DNA of 64,000 nt, taken from positions 10,690 through 74,689 of the forward strand of contig JBKDKX010000015.1 in the NCBI GenBank assembly GCA_046344715.1. Direction: 5' to 3'. The position numbers and the translations under genes were made by a program. Under the pieces are notes generated by a model. The model had not been told where the DNA came from. It saw only the letters and a program-made list of their open reading frames with translations, and did no database searches. Position 1 is the first letter of the stretch. Each line of letters opens with the position of its first letter. Of this stretch, positions 9,826-18,874 are shown in pieces. This stretch comes from Alphaproteobacteria bacterium. GTDB lineage: Bacteria; Pseudomonadota; Alphaproteobacteria; Rickettsiales; SXRF01.

Positions 9826-10956
9826 ATGAGCAACACGGCGTTTCCAACCTTCGAAAGCAATGAAGTTCCGGCAGCTAAAAACGGGCATGTCATTGTTCTG
9901 GGAAATGAAAAAGGCGGCTGCGGTAAAACCACGACCGCCATGCATCTCATGGTGTCGCTTATGCGCCTTGGCTTTGTGGTTGGTAGCATTGATATTGATG
10001 CGCGCCAGCGTTCACTCTCACGCTACCTTGAAAATCGCCGCCAGACGGCACTCAAAGAAGGTGTTACACTGCCGCAGCCACAACATGTGGTGATTACCCG
10101 CAGCCCATTTAACATTGTGCAGGAAGCGGAAGAAGATGAAAATGAGCGTTTCTCGCAGGCGCTGAACCGCCTGAAAGCAGCCAATGACTTTATCATCATC
10201 GATAGCCCGGGAAGCGATACGTATCTCGCGCGCCTTGCGCATAGTCATGCAGATACGGTGATTACGCCGATTAACGACAGCTTCGTAGATTTGGATGTAC
10301 TGGCCACCGTGGATGGCCAGACGATGAAAATTATCAAACCAAGTATCTATAGCGAGATGATGTGGGAGCAGAAACTCCAGCGCGCCAAGCGTGATGGTGG
10401 CTCCATCGAATGGATTGTGATGCGTAATCGCCTTTCTAACATCGACGCGAAAAATAAACGCTTCATGACACAGGTGATGACCGAGCTTTCTCGCCGCATC
10501 GGGTTCCGTGTGGCGCCCGGATTTTCTGAGCGCGTAATTTTCCGTGAAATGTTCCTGCAGGGCCTTACCGTGCTTGATATTATGGAGCAGGTGGGTTCAA
10601 ACAGCGTTTCCATGTCGCACATCGCCGCGCGCCAGGAAGTGCGCGATTTGCTGAAAACCCTACAATTACCGATTATTGATGACCGCTTGAATCAGGCAAC
10701 ACAATCGGAAAAAGCACCGGAAGCGAAGCCAGTGGTAAAAGCTGAAGTTAAGGCTTTAGAAAAAGTTGAAGAAAAGCCTGTTGAAGCTAAGGTCGAAGAA
10801 AAACCAGAAGTAAAAATTGAAGCAAAAGTTGACGCAAAGCCAGAGATCAGTGTTGAATCCGCAAAAGAAGAAGTAAAGCTGGATGCACCGCGTCGCGAGC
10901 CTGTGTTCTCTTCCGAGAAACGCGAAGAAAAAGAGCTGGTCGAACTCGCATCTTAA
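9826..10956 (+). CDS. mipZ: division plane positioning ATPase MipZ
   Basis: GNEKGGCGKTT, TPINDSFVD, WIVMRNR, ERVIFREMF; E/K/P/V-rich tail. Confidence 0.93.
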   Translation: MSNTAFPTFESNEVPAAKNGHVIVLGNEKGGCGKTTTAMHLMVSLMRLGFVVGSIDIDARQRSLSRYLENRRQTALKEGVTLPQPQHVVITRSPFNIVQEAEEDENERFSQALNRLKAANDFIIIDSPGSDTYLARLAHSHADTVITPINDSFVDLDVLATVDGQTMKIIKPSIYSEMMWEQKLQRAKRDGGSIEWIVMRNRLSNIDAKNKRFMTQVMTELSRRIGFRVAPGFSERVIFREMFLQGLTVLDIMEQVGSNSVSMSHIAARQEVRDLLKTLQLPIIDDRLNQATQSEKAPEAKPVVKAEVKALEKVEEKPVEAKVEEKPEVKIEAKVDAKPEISVESAKEEVKLDAPRREPVFSSEKREEKELVELAS

Positions 10957-10963
10957 AAATTCT

Positions 10964-11049
10964 ATCATTCTCGCCTTGCGCGGGCATCTAGAGAGAAACG
11001 CTCGGTCTTAGCAAGAGTCCCTAGATCCCCGATTAAATCGGGGATGGCA
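10964..11049. repeat. palindromic intergenic repeat
   Basis: tcattctcgccttgcgcgggcatctag...ctagatccccgattaaatcggggatgg; similar architecture to inner unit of 1571-1735. Confidence 0.65.
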
Positions 11050-11068
11050 GTGTTAAGGTAATCCGTAC

Positions 11069-11482
11069 ATGTTTCGCTTTTTGATTTTGGCAATTATAAT
11101 AATAGTTCTGATTGTACTATTATTGTTGCCGCGTTCTCAAGCGAAGGGGTTGCTCAAAGCTGGCGGAGTACTTGGTTTGCTTATCCTTATCTCTCGCCTG
11201 TTCTGTGTACCGCTTGCCACGTTGCTTTTGTATTTGCCCTCTGTGATGCCATCATTCCGGCGGGCATGGGGTGGACAGTCGCAGCAAGCAGGCACGCAGC
11301 AAGCCAGTCAAACGATGACGCGCAAGGAAGCACAGCTTATCCTTGGTGTGCGCGATGGGGCAGGGGAGCAGGAAATTAAAGACGCTCATAAAAAACTCAT
11401 CACCCGCAACCATCCGGATAAAGGCGGCAGTGATTACCTCGCCGCTAAAATCAATGAAGCACGGGATGTATTGCTTAAATAG
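11069..11482 (+). CDS. membrane-anchored DnaJ-domain protein (Pam18/Tim14-like J domain)
   Basis: [29 protein letters not shown]; N-terminal TM segments. Confidence 0.9.
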   Translation: MFRFLILAIIIIVLIVLLLLPRSQAKGLLKAGGVLGLLILISRLFCVPLATLLLYLPSVMPSFRRAWGGQSQQAGTQQASQTMTRKEAQLILGVRDGAGEQEIKDAHKKLITRNHPDKGGSDYLAAKINEARDVLLK

Positions 11483-11548
11483 TTGCCGGTGGCTAGTTGC
11501 CAGAAATTATTGTACAGGTAACTGGCAACTGATAACTTACGACTGACT
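11480..11548. repeat. inverted heptamer tandem repeat
   Basis: tagttgc-cggtggc-tagttgc-cag ... taactgg-caactga-taactta-cgactga. Confidence 0.55.
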
Positions 11549-11549
11549 T

Positions 11550-13088
11550 ATGTCCCTCATTAAATCCACAGCAACCATCGGAGGATACACGCTGATTTCG
11601 CGTGTGATGGGGTTTATCCGCGATATTACCATAGCTTCCGGTATCGGCGCGAGTTACCTCTCGGATGCATTTTTTGTGGCATTCAAGCTGCCCAATTTCC
11701 TGCGCCGCCTGTTTGCCGAGGGTGCGTTTAACTCGGCCTTTGTGCCAATGTTTTCTGGCATGCTGGCGGTGGAAGGTAAAGACAAGGCGCGGGATTTTGC
11801 CTCGCAGGCTATGTCGTTCCTGCTCATGGTGCTGTTGATTGTCACCGGTGTTTTCATCCTCATTATGCCGTGGCTTATGTATCTGCTCGCGCCCGGTTTT
11901 GTGAGCGACCCCACCAAGTTTGAGCTCACCATTCTGCTCACGCGTATCACCATGCCGTATATTATTTTTATTTCGCTGGTGTCGCTGCTGGGCGGGATAT
12001 TGAACAGCTCGGATAAATTTGCGGCAGTTGCGGCCACGCCCATCATCATGAATCTCTGCCTTATCTGTGTGCCGTGGTTGATTCAGGACTTCACGCCCAC
12101 ACTGGCGCACGGGCTTGCCATTGCCGTGTTTGTATCGGGCATTGCGCAGTGGCTGTGGCTGGTGCGGTTCTGTCGCCGTCAGAATATGTTGCCAAAATTA
12201 GTGCGCCCGCGTTTATCACCCGAAGTAAAAAAGTTATTACTGCTGATTGCGCCGGCAGCACTGGGGGCAGGGGTGGCGCAGATAAATTTGTTTGTTGATA
12301 TCATCATCGCTTCGCAGTTTGAAAGCGGTGTGTCTTATTTATATTATGCAGATCGCATTAATGAATTGCCACTTGCGGTGATTGGTATTGCGGTGGGCAC
12401 GGCGATTTTACCCATGCTGTCGCGCAAAGTGCGGGAAGGAAAAAAAGATGAAGCCAACCATTCGCACAACCGCGCCATTGAGCTGGCATTATTCTTAAGT
12501 ATTCCCTCAGCTGTGGGGCTTGCGATGGTGGCGGAATCGGTCATCCGTGTGATGTATTTTCGTGGTGCATTCACCTTGTTTGATATGACAGAAACCAGCC
12601 GCGTGCTGGTGGCATTTGCATTTGGCTTGCCAGCCTTTGTGATGATAAAAATATTGGCTCCGGGCTTTTTTGCGAATGAAGACACCAAAACACCGTTCAA
12701 AATTGCCACCTTCTGCATCGTGCTGAATATTGTGCTTAATCTTATGCTGATGGGGCATTTCAAATATGTCGGCATGGCAATGGCAACCACCATCTCCGGC
12801 TGGGTAAATGTTGTGCTGCTTGGCGTGCTGCTTACACGTCGTGGCTGGCTAACCATCGAACCAAAATTGATAAAAGAGCTATGCAAAGTGGTAGTGGCAG
12901 TGGTGGTGATGGTGGCGGGGTTATATGCTGTGGAAGATGCGGTAACGCCATATCTTCAGGAAGGTGAAATCATCCGCGCGCTGGCACTTATTGTATGGGT
13001 GTGCATCGGTGCGGTTGCGTATTTCTTAGTGGCTTACGCGCTGAATATCATCGGTATGCGGGCGCGGCTCAGTATTATAAGAAAGTAA
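11550..13088 (+). CDS. murJ: lipid II flippase MurJ
   Basis: SRVMGFIRD, PNFLRRLFAEGAF, LYYADR. Confidence 0.97.
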   Translation: MSLIKSTATIGGYTLISRVMGFIRDITIASGIGASYLSDAFFVAFKLPNFLRRLFAEGAFNSAFVPMFSGMLAVEGKDKARDFASQAMSFLLMVLLIVTGVFILIMPWLMYLLAPGFVSDPTKFELTILLTRITMPYIIFISLVSLLGGILNSSDKFAAVAATPIIMNLCLICVPWLIQDFTPTLAHGLAIAVFVSGIAQWLWLVRFCRRQNMLPKLVRPRLSPEVKKLLLLIAPAALGAGVAQINLFVDIIIASQFESGVSYLYYADRINELPLAVIGIAVGTAILPMLSRKVREGKKDEANHSHNRAIELALFLSIPSAVGLAMVAESVIRVMYFRGAFTLFDMTETSRVLVAFAFGLPAFVMIKILAPGFFANEDTKTPFKIATFCIVLNIVLNLMLMGHFKYVGMAMATTISGWVNVVLLGVLLTRRGWLTIEPKLIKELCKVVVAVVVMVAGLYAVEDAVTPYLQEGEIIRALALIVWVCIGAVAYFLVAYALNIIGMRARLSIIRK

Positions 13089-13520
13089 TCAGGGTTTCGC
13101 CGGTGGAGATAACTCACCTGCTGGCTTTGCCGGAGTAGATGGAATATCTTTTGCTCGCCCCTCATCTATTTTCTTTTGACGGTTGATTACAGAGTCTATT
13201 TTTTGCTCCGGCGTAAGAGCATCCCATTTATTGGGAGATTTTTTCTGTAGTTCTTGATGTTTGCGCTTTTGTTCTTTTTGCCACTCTCCCTCGGTCATTT
13301 TTTCTAAATCAGCGAGGCGGCGGCGCAAGCGCTCTTTTGCTTCTTCAAGAGTTGCAGGCGGGCGTCTAGGGTCAATCGGCGCATTGGGTTGCGAGGAGTT
13401 TGCATTCTTGCTCGCAGGGGCAGGTGGGGGAGGCAAAGTGTCTGCTTGCTGGGCGATGGTGGAAAGTGCTAAAACAGGTGTCAGCAGGGCAAATATGATT
13501 AGTACAGCGCGTAAATTCAT
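13089..13520 (-). CDS. putative secreted Pro/charge-rich protein
   Basis: Signal peptide, helical WDALTPEQK segment. Confidence 0.65.
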   Translation of the reverse strand: MNLRAVLIIFALLTPVLALSTIAQQADTLPPPPAPASKNANSSQPNAPIDPRRPPATLEEAKERLRRRLADLEKMTEGEWQKEQKRKHQELQKKSPNKWDALTPEQKIDSVINRQKKIDEGRAKDIPSTPAKPAGELSPPAKP

Positions 13521-13537
13521 AAATTTAGATTTTCTAT

Positions 13538-13855
13538 ATGGTGGAAGTTAAAGCAATTTATAGCATGTTTGGCAGCGAGCAAGAAGCACTTTCCGTGGCA
13601 AGAATATTACTGGAAAAAAAGCTGGTTGCCTGCGTCAATGTGTATAATGGCGCAACATCATTGTATCGCTGGAAAGGCGAGATTAACAGCGCCTCAGAAG
13701 TGCTATTTATAGCTAAAACTACCGCAGAAAAGCTTAAAAATGCTATGGATGAAGTAAAGCGCTTGCATTCTTATGAGGTGCCGTGCATTATTGCGTGCCC
13801 AATTGAGGCGGGTTTCCCGCCATATATCCAGTGGATAAAGGATGAAGTGGCCTGA
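13538..13855 (+). CDS. cutA: divalent-cation tolerance protein CutA
   Basis: LVACVN, SLYRWKG, HSYEVPCII. Confidence 0.95.
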   Translation: MVEVKAIYSMFGSEQEALSVARILLEKKLVACVNVYNGATSLYRWKGEINSASEVLFIAKTTAEKLKNAMDEVKRLHSYEVPCIIACPIEAGFPPYIQWIKDEVA

Positions 13856-13876
13856 TTACGGGCAATATCGTTCTGT

Positions 13877-13951
13877 TGGGGCGTAGCCAAGCGGTAAGGC
13901 AGCGGATTTTGATTCCGCCATTCCCAGGTTCGATCCCTGGCGCCCCAGCCA
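13877..13951 (+). tRNA. tRNA-Gln(TTG)
   Basis: Acceptor tggggcg/cgcccca, anticodon arm gcgga-ttTTGat-tccgc, T-loop gttcgat, encoded CCA. Confidence 0.97.
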
Positions 13952-14086
13952 ACATTAAGCTATTGTTTTATAACAATTTTTTAGTTAATAAAATTTCCCC
14001 GAACTACCGTCGGTTGCGTGTATTGATGTCACCGCGAGACTCCTGAAACAGCGAAAATAGCCTGTATTTCTGGTGCTTTCAGGGTC

Positions 14087-14401
14087 ATTCTCTCACTTAC
14101 GAAGTTTTCGTAGTCACGTTTTTCGAGAATCGTCACTTGAGACATTCGGAAAACCATCTTCCCACCCCAAGAGGGAATCGAACAAAAAAGTCTCGATATG
14201 CCAAGATTCGATTCCTATCTTGGCAGCCAACATTTTCCAGTGCTAACTTCTATCCGACCTGAGAGCTATAAAAGACGGCTAGTTCCGCCGTTATTTTGGC
14301 ATTCACCGCCATGGTCGATATCCCTGATTCCCTTATTTTCCCCAAAAATCGCCCTTTAATCTGCCAATTCTCTCACTTGCCAAGTTTTCGTGGTCACGTT
14401 T
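14087..14401. repeat. 35-bp direct repeat pair (14087-14121 and 14367-14401)
   Basis: attctctcactt[a/g]c[g/c]aagttttcgt[a/g]gtcacgttt, 32/35 identical, 280 bp apart. Confidence 0.85.
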
Positions 14402-14552
14402 CCGCGTTTGGGGCCTATTGCTATTCCCTAACAACAGGGAATTTACAGCGAATTATCAAAACAGGACCAGTGGAAAATCCGGCCAACGTCAGAAGAGATC
14501 GGCGTCCCAGTGCCCTCAGCTAACCATAACTTCATTAAGAGCAGGGAATTTA

Positions 14553-15143
14553 TCAGGCTATTTGGGAAGCCCAATATGCATTGCGAAGCTCATTGAATTG
14601 AGCCGCAGCCACTTCATTTAAGACAAGGGCTAAATTTTCACAAAAATCCGAATGAAAGCTGCCGGGATTTTTTTCATGCAAGTATCGCCAATTTTCATAC
14701 GTCTTAGCATATTGTTTAAGCTTATCTTCAAAAGTCAGCCCAAAAGTATCCCGGCTGTGACCGCTCGTTCTTATAAGAAGTTCTGCAAAATTCCTTTTGA
14801 TCTCTTCCTGAGTTTGGGGCGAGAGCAACTCAAATAATTCATCCAGCTTGTGGCCACGCGCCTTTTTAGCCTCAGAATAAAGCAAAGCTTTTAAAAGAAG
14901 TTCAATTGCAAAAGCCAAATTCACTACATCTACAATAAACACTGGTGACTGTTTTGTTGTTAAGCAAGCATTGTTGTGAGACCGTAGCACCCTATATGCA
15001 TTCAAAAACTCCCGGGCATTTTGCAAAGCAGCACTCATTAATGGGGCTCTCTCAGCTTCGCCGATGGGAGATATTTTTGCCTTTATCATTTTACACCTCT
15101 CAACCGTTATTAAAACTTCAAAACTTGCTTCTGGAGATGCCAT
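14553..15143 (-). CDS. HEPN-like domain protein
   Basis: AFAIELLLKALL..RGHKLDELF..YENWRY pattern; true start may be downstream. Confidence 0.65.
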   Translation of the reverse strand: MASPEASFEVLITVERCKMIKAKISPIGEAERAPLMSAALQNAREFLNAYRVLRSHNNACLTTKQSPVFIVDVVNLAFAIELLLKALLYSEAKKARGHKLDELFELLSPQTQEEIKRNFAELLIRTSGHSRDTFGLTFEDKLKQYAKTYENWRYLHEKNPGSFHSDFCENLALVLNEVAAAQFNELRNAYWASQIA

Positions 15144-16648
15144 TCTACTGGCAAGTTCGCCGTTAAGTCCTTCAGGTGCATAGTAGCAGGTTGTGTACCC
15201 GTGAGAATACTCGAGATAATATCCGGTGCGAGCATCATTAAATTCACGATGCGTGAGATGTAGGTCCTGTCTCGACCTTGTTGTTTCGCCAGCTCAGTAA
15301 TAGTAACTTGCCCGCTATCCAGCTGCCGATTCCAGCGATAGGATTTCACCAACGCATTCACCAGTGTATGATTATAGCTGGATTTATTAAACACGCGAAC
15401 CGGTTTTCCTTCTTCATCCAGCACCATTTGTGAGCGGCCGTAGGTTTGGAATTTCGCCCTTACAGTTATCTCGATGCAATTTTCTAGAAGGGTGATATGT
15501 GGAATAAAGCCCGCATAGCTAACATCATTCTCACCCAACCATCCTGCTTGTTCAAAGCTAGCCACCACTTTGATAATGCCAGGGTAATGAAGCCGGACAG
15601 TCAACGTTTCTTCCGTTACCACAATCCTTTCGATGATCTGTTGTGCTATCTCAAGCTGATTTATTGCCGTCAGTTCTGTCCAGTGATTACATAGTTGCCG
15701 CCAGCGATGCTGTAGTTCCTCTGCCATTATGCCGCCATCGCTGCTGCGCCAACAAGCTTGCCAGTGTTTTGGCTGATTTGATAGAAATCGCAGCACATCA
15801 AATACTAGCCCTTCTAGCTCTTTCCCTTTGATGCGATGGCTGGTTTCTTTGCAGAGATAATAGCGGTAATAAATGCTCTTTTCTTTAAGTGTATAGGTTG
15901 GGCTATATGGCGTTCCCGCTGCGCTAAAGCATTTGCTTGCGAGCAAGGTGCCGTGTTTCACGTTGCGAAGTGTACGCTTCTCTCTTCCACCCTTCAATAA
16001 TTGCTGCGCCTTTTCCCACACCTCGATAGGCAAAATTGCGTCATGCTGGCCGTCGTAGGTTTTGTCTTTATGACGTGTCCGGCCGATATAAATCGGGTTA
16101 TTGAGAATTTTGGAGAGCGCCTGATTAGTAAATTTTTGCCCGCCGATCTCAACCCCATGTCTATTGACCCAGCGCTTGTTGGTATGCCCGGTATTATTTA
16201 GGTAAGTCGCAAGTTTATTGGTGGATTGTAGTTCAATATATTTATCAAAAATCTCTCGAAGTAGCGCTACTTCCTGCTCGATCGGTACTAGTTTGCGGTG
16301 ATCAATAGTGTATCCAAGCGGCGGATAACCGCCCATCCACATGCCTTTTTGTTTGGACGCTGCTACTTTATCACGTACGCGCTCACTAATCACTTCACGC
16401 TCAAATTGTGCGAAACTGAGCAAGATATTTAGGGTTAACCGCCCCATCGATGTAGTAGTGTTAAATTGTTGCGTGATAGAAACAAAGGACACCTGATGCG
16501 CATCAAATACATTCACCATCTGAGCGAAATCATTCAGCGAGCGCGATAGCCGGTCAACCTTATAAACGACAATGACATCGACATTACCGGCTTTGATATC
16601 AGCCATCAGCGCCTGTAGGGCAGGGCGGTCCATATTGCCGCCGGTAAT
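15110..16648 (-). pseudogene. large serine recombinase lacking its N-terminal catalytic segment
   Basis: TGGNMDRPAL..VYKVDRLSRS..GRLTLNILLSFAQFEREV; YxRxS nucleophile motif absent, homology begins abruptly near 16648. Confidence 0.85.
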
Positions 16649-16992
16649 CCAGCGCTCGTTCAAGTTCCTCTTTATTATCCAGAACGCGGAAGCGGCGCTG
16701 TGCATCTGGGTGTTCAAACGGACTGACATCAGGTTTAATCGCTTCTGGTTTAAGCAGCTTTCCTGTGGTGGCGTAGTTTAAGAGGGCTTCTGCGGCCTCT
16801 GCCGGAATATGATTGGTAAGATCGAAGAACCTATCTTCCGTGGATTGCTGAACATCTTCGATCCAATCTTCTGGTACGCCGACGTCGAGCAAATCATCCT
16901 TTGTAAGAGCAGTGAATAAAGGTGCTCCAACAGTTTCGGGGGGTTGCGAGGGTGCTGCCTCTCCGGTCTGCACATACACCGGCACGGCAACT
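16645..16992 (-). pseudogene. internal fragment of UvrD/REP-type helicase
   Basis: GVPEDW..PAEAAEALL..PFEHPDAQRRFRV..EELERALDY recalls the linker ahead of the helicase core; both ends broken. Confidence 0.65.
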
Positions 16993-17030
16993 CATACCTA
17001 TAATCCGCGAATTGCGATGGAGACAGCATC

Positions 17031-17366
17031 ATGAAAACGATTGAAGAAGTGCTGGAAATGCTAGAGGCGCGTATTGACCGCCAGACGATTGAGGATTACA
17101 TCACGCGTGAATGGCTGCGACCTGTTTATCAGCCTACAGGGTGGTATTTTGAAGAAATCGATATTGCACGGCTTCAGCTGGTTTGCCATCTCACGCAAGA
17201 TATTGAAGTCAATGACCAAGGCATGGACGTAGTGCTGTCACTACTCGATCAGCTATATGGTATTCGTGCACACACACACAAACTCAATCAAGCTATTGCC
17301 CAACAATCGCCAGAAGTGCAGGCAGAAATCAGGATGGCTATATCTATGAAGGAAGATGACGCATAA
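17031..17366 (+). CDS. cbpM: chaperone modulator CbpM (MerR-like)
   Basis: DIARLQLVCHL..DIEVNDQGMDVVLSLLDQ. Confidence 0.85.
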   Translation: MKTIEEVLEMLEARIDRQTIEDYITREWLRPVYQPTGWYFEEIDIARLQLVCHLTQDIEVNDQGMDVVLSLLDQLYGIRAHTHKLNQAIAQQSPEVQAEIRMAISMKEDDA

Positions 17367-17376
17367 TTGAACACTC

Positions 17377-17967
17377 TTACTTTCCGCTTTCGCCCAGCTG
17401 ACGCACGTCATCAATGTAATGGCCATAGCGTTTTGAGGATTTGGGAGAATGATCGACAACAAGACCGCATATGGTGATGCCGGTGACCTTCATGCCGCAG
17501 AGTTTGAAAAGGGTACGAAGTGCCTTGCTGGTTGGTTGGCCGGAGAACCAGCGATAAATGAAGCGCGGCATACCGCAAGTGATTATGATGTGTACGCTTT
17601 TTCCTTTGAAAACAGGCAGTGCAGTAGGCCAATAGCCCCTATATTCGAAGGCAAAACCTCGTGTGATCGTGCGCTCAAGAAATCCTTTCACCAGTGCAGG
17701 CGGCAAACCCATCCATAATGGAAAGACCAGTACCCAATGCTCAGCCTGCACCATCGCATCGCGCAGCATTTGTAGATCAGGCTCGAGCGGCTGATCTTTG
17801 TTGTATCCTTCATACAGGATGGGATCAAAGGTAAGCGTTGTTAGCGCAATGGATTTCACATCATTCCCTGATACCTTTGCGCCATTTTCATAGGCTTCTG
17901 CAAGCGAAGCACAGAGCGTCTTGCGCTCACGGGCGGGGTGGCCATTTATAATCAGGATTTTCTTCAC
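17377..17967 (-). CDS. NAD(P)H dehydrogenase (flavodoxin-like fold)
   Basis: ILIINGHP, FDPIL, LEPDL, FPLWMG.PPALVKGF; GTG start assumed. Confidence 0.88.
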   Translation of the reverse strand: MKKILIINGHPARERKTLCASLAEAYENGAKVSGNDVKSIALTTLTFDPILYEGYNKDQPLEPDLQMLRDAMVQAEHWVLVFPLWMGLPPALVKGFLERTITRGFAFEYRGYWPTALPVFKGKSVHIIITCGMPRFIYRWFSGQPTSKALRTLFKLCGMKVTGITICGLVVDHSPKSSKRYGHYIDDVRQLGESGK

Positions 17968-17974
17968 TTTGCTA

Positions 17975-18223
17975 TCACGCAGTTTTCTTGGGCGGGATGA
18001 GTGCTGTGTGATCCATCTCTTCGGCAACGATCAAGCTGGCAACTGCGCCCACCGTTCCACCAATCGCCGCGCCAACAATCATACCCGGAATTGCTGCCGT
18101 TGAACCAATCGCCGCACCCACGGCAACTCCAGCCGATGCCACCGAAGCAATCGCCCCAATCGCTCCGTTGTCAAACGGATGATCGGTGTGGTTCTCGAGT
18201 TTTACTTCACTGCTTTTCGCCAT
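17975..18223 (-). CDS. small glycine-zipper membrane protein
   Basis: GAxxG repeats; AGGAG RBS. Confidence 0.6.
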   Translation of the reverse strand: MAKSSEVKLENHTDHPFDNGAIGAIASVASAGVAVGAAIGSTAAIPGMIVGAAIGGTVGAVASLIVAEEMDHTALIPPKKTA

Positions 18224-18330
18224 AAAAACTCCTTATAGGAAGGCTAATACCCCACACTATCCATGCGCTATTGCCAATAAGTATGCGATGCGAAAATGCA
18301 CGGCTGGCGTATGGTTTGCGTAAGGAGTCT

Positions 18331-18870
18331 TTATTTTTTACTGTCGCCCTTCGGCATAAATAGCATGAACTTGGCCAGCGGGAATTTGAAGAGAATGATG
18401 TAGGTTACATGCATCCCCACAAACAGTAGCAACAAATTGGCGAATAGCTCGTGGGTTTCGGTGAGGAATCCTTCTTCTTTCTCGTCGCCACCTTCGCGCC
18501 CATCATCATCCGCATGGGCAGCCGAAACTATCTGAGCATTTGCAAGCCCGATAGATTTACCCTTGTCCATGGCGATGCCGGTGCCTGTAACAGCAAGCAA
18601 GCTTAGCGCAATGCCTAGCATCAAAGTCTTGCTGATGGCGGGATGCGTGAATAGATTATTTGCCTGCAACCCTTCAAATGATGGATAAAAGCGCATCAGG
18701 CCAACCTGACGTTCGCCACTGAGTGCCCAGAGAAGGCGTAAGGTAATGACGATTGCAACGCCGTAACCCAGCCATGCGTGGACAAGGCCAAGTTCACCTG
18801 TTAGATACGCCAATATCGCCAAAGTAGCGAGGGTGGCGTGATACACGCGAATACGTTGCATTATGTTCAT
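18331..18870 (-). CDS. cytochrome b (Ni-hydrogenase b-type/b561 family)
   Basis: RVYH, HAWLGY, RLLW, THE..ANL, MHV heme-ligand His pattern. Confidence 0.82.
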   Translation of the reverse strand: MNIMQRIRVYHATLATLAILAYLTGELGLVHAWLGYGVAIVITLRLLWALSGERQVGLMRFYPSFEGLQANNLFTHPAISKTLMLGIALSLLAVTGTGIAMDKGKSIGLANAQIVSAAHADDDGREGGDEKEEGFLTETHELFANLLLLFVGMHVTYIILFKFPLAKFMLFMPKGDSKK

Positions 18871-18874
18871 AGAA

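Noticed and set aside
10700-10950. Repetitive E/K/P/V tail of MipZ as an inserted element
   Set aside because: Low-complexity disordered extension without discrete DNA repeats
16649-16729. Track N-terminus of the 539-aa recombinase ORF
   Set aside because: Out-of-frame read of the helicase fragment, not recombinase sequence
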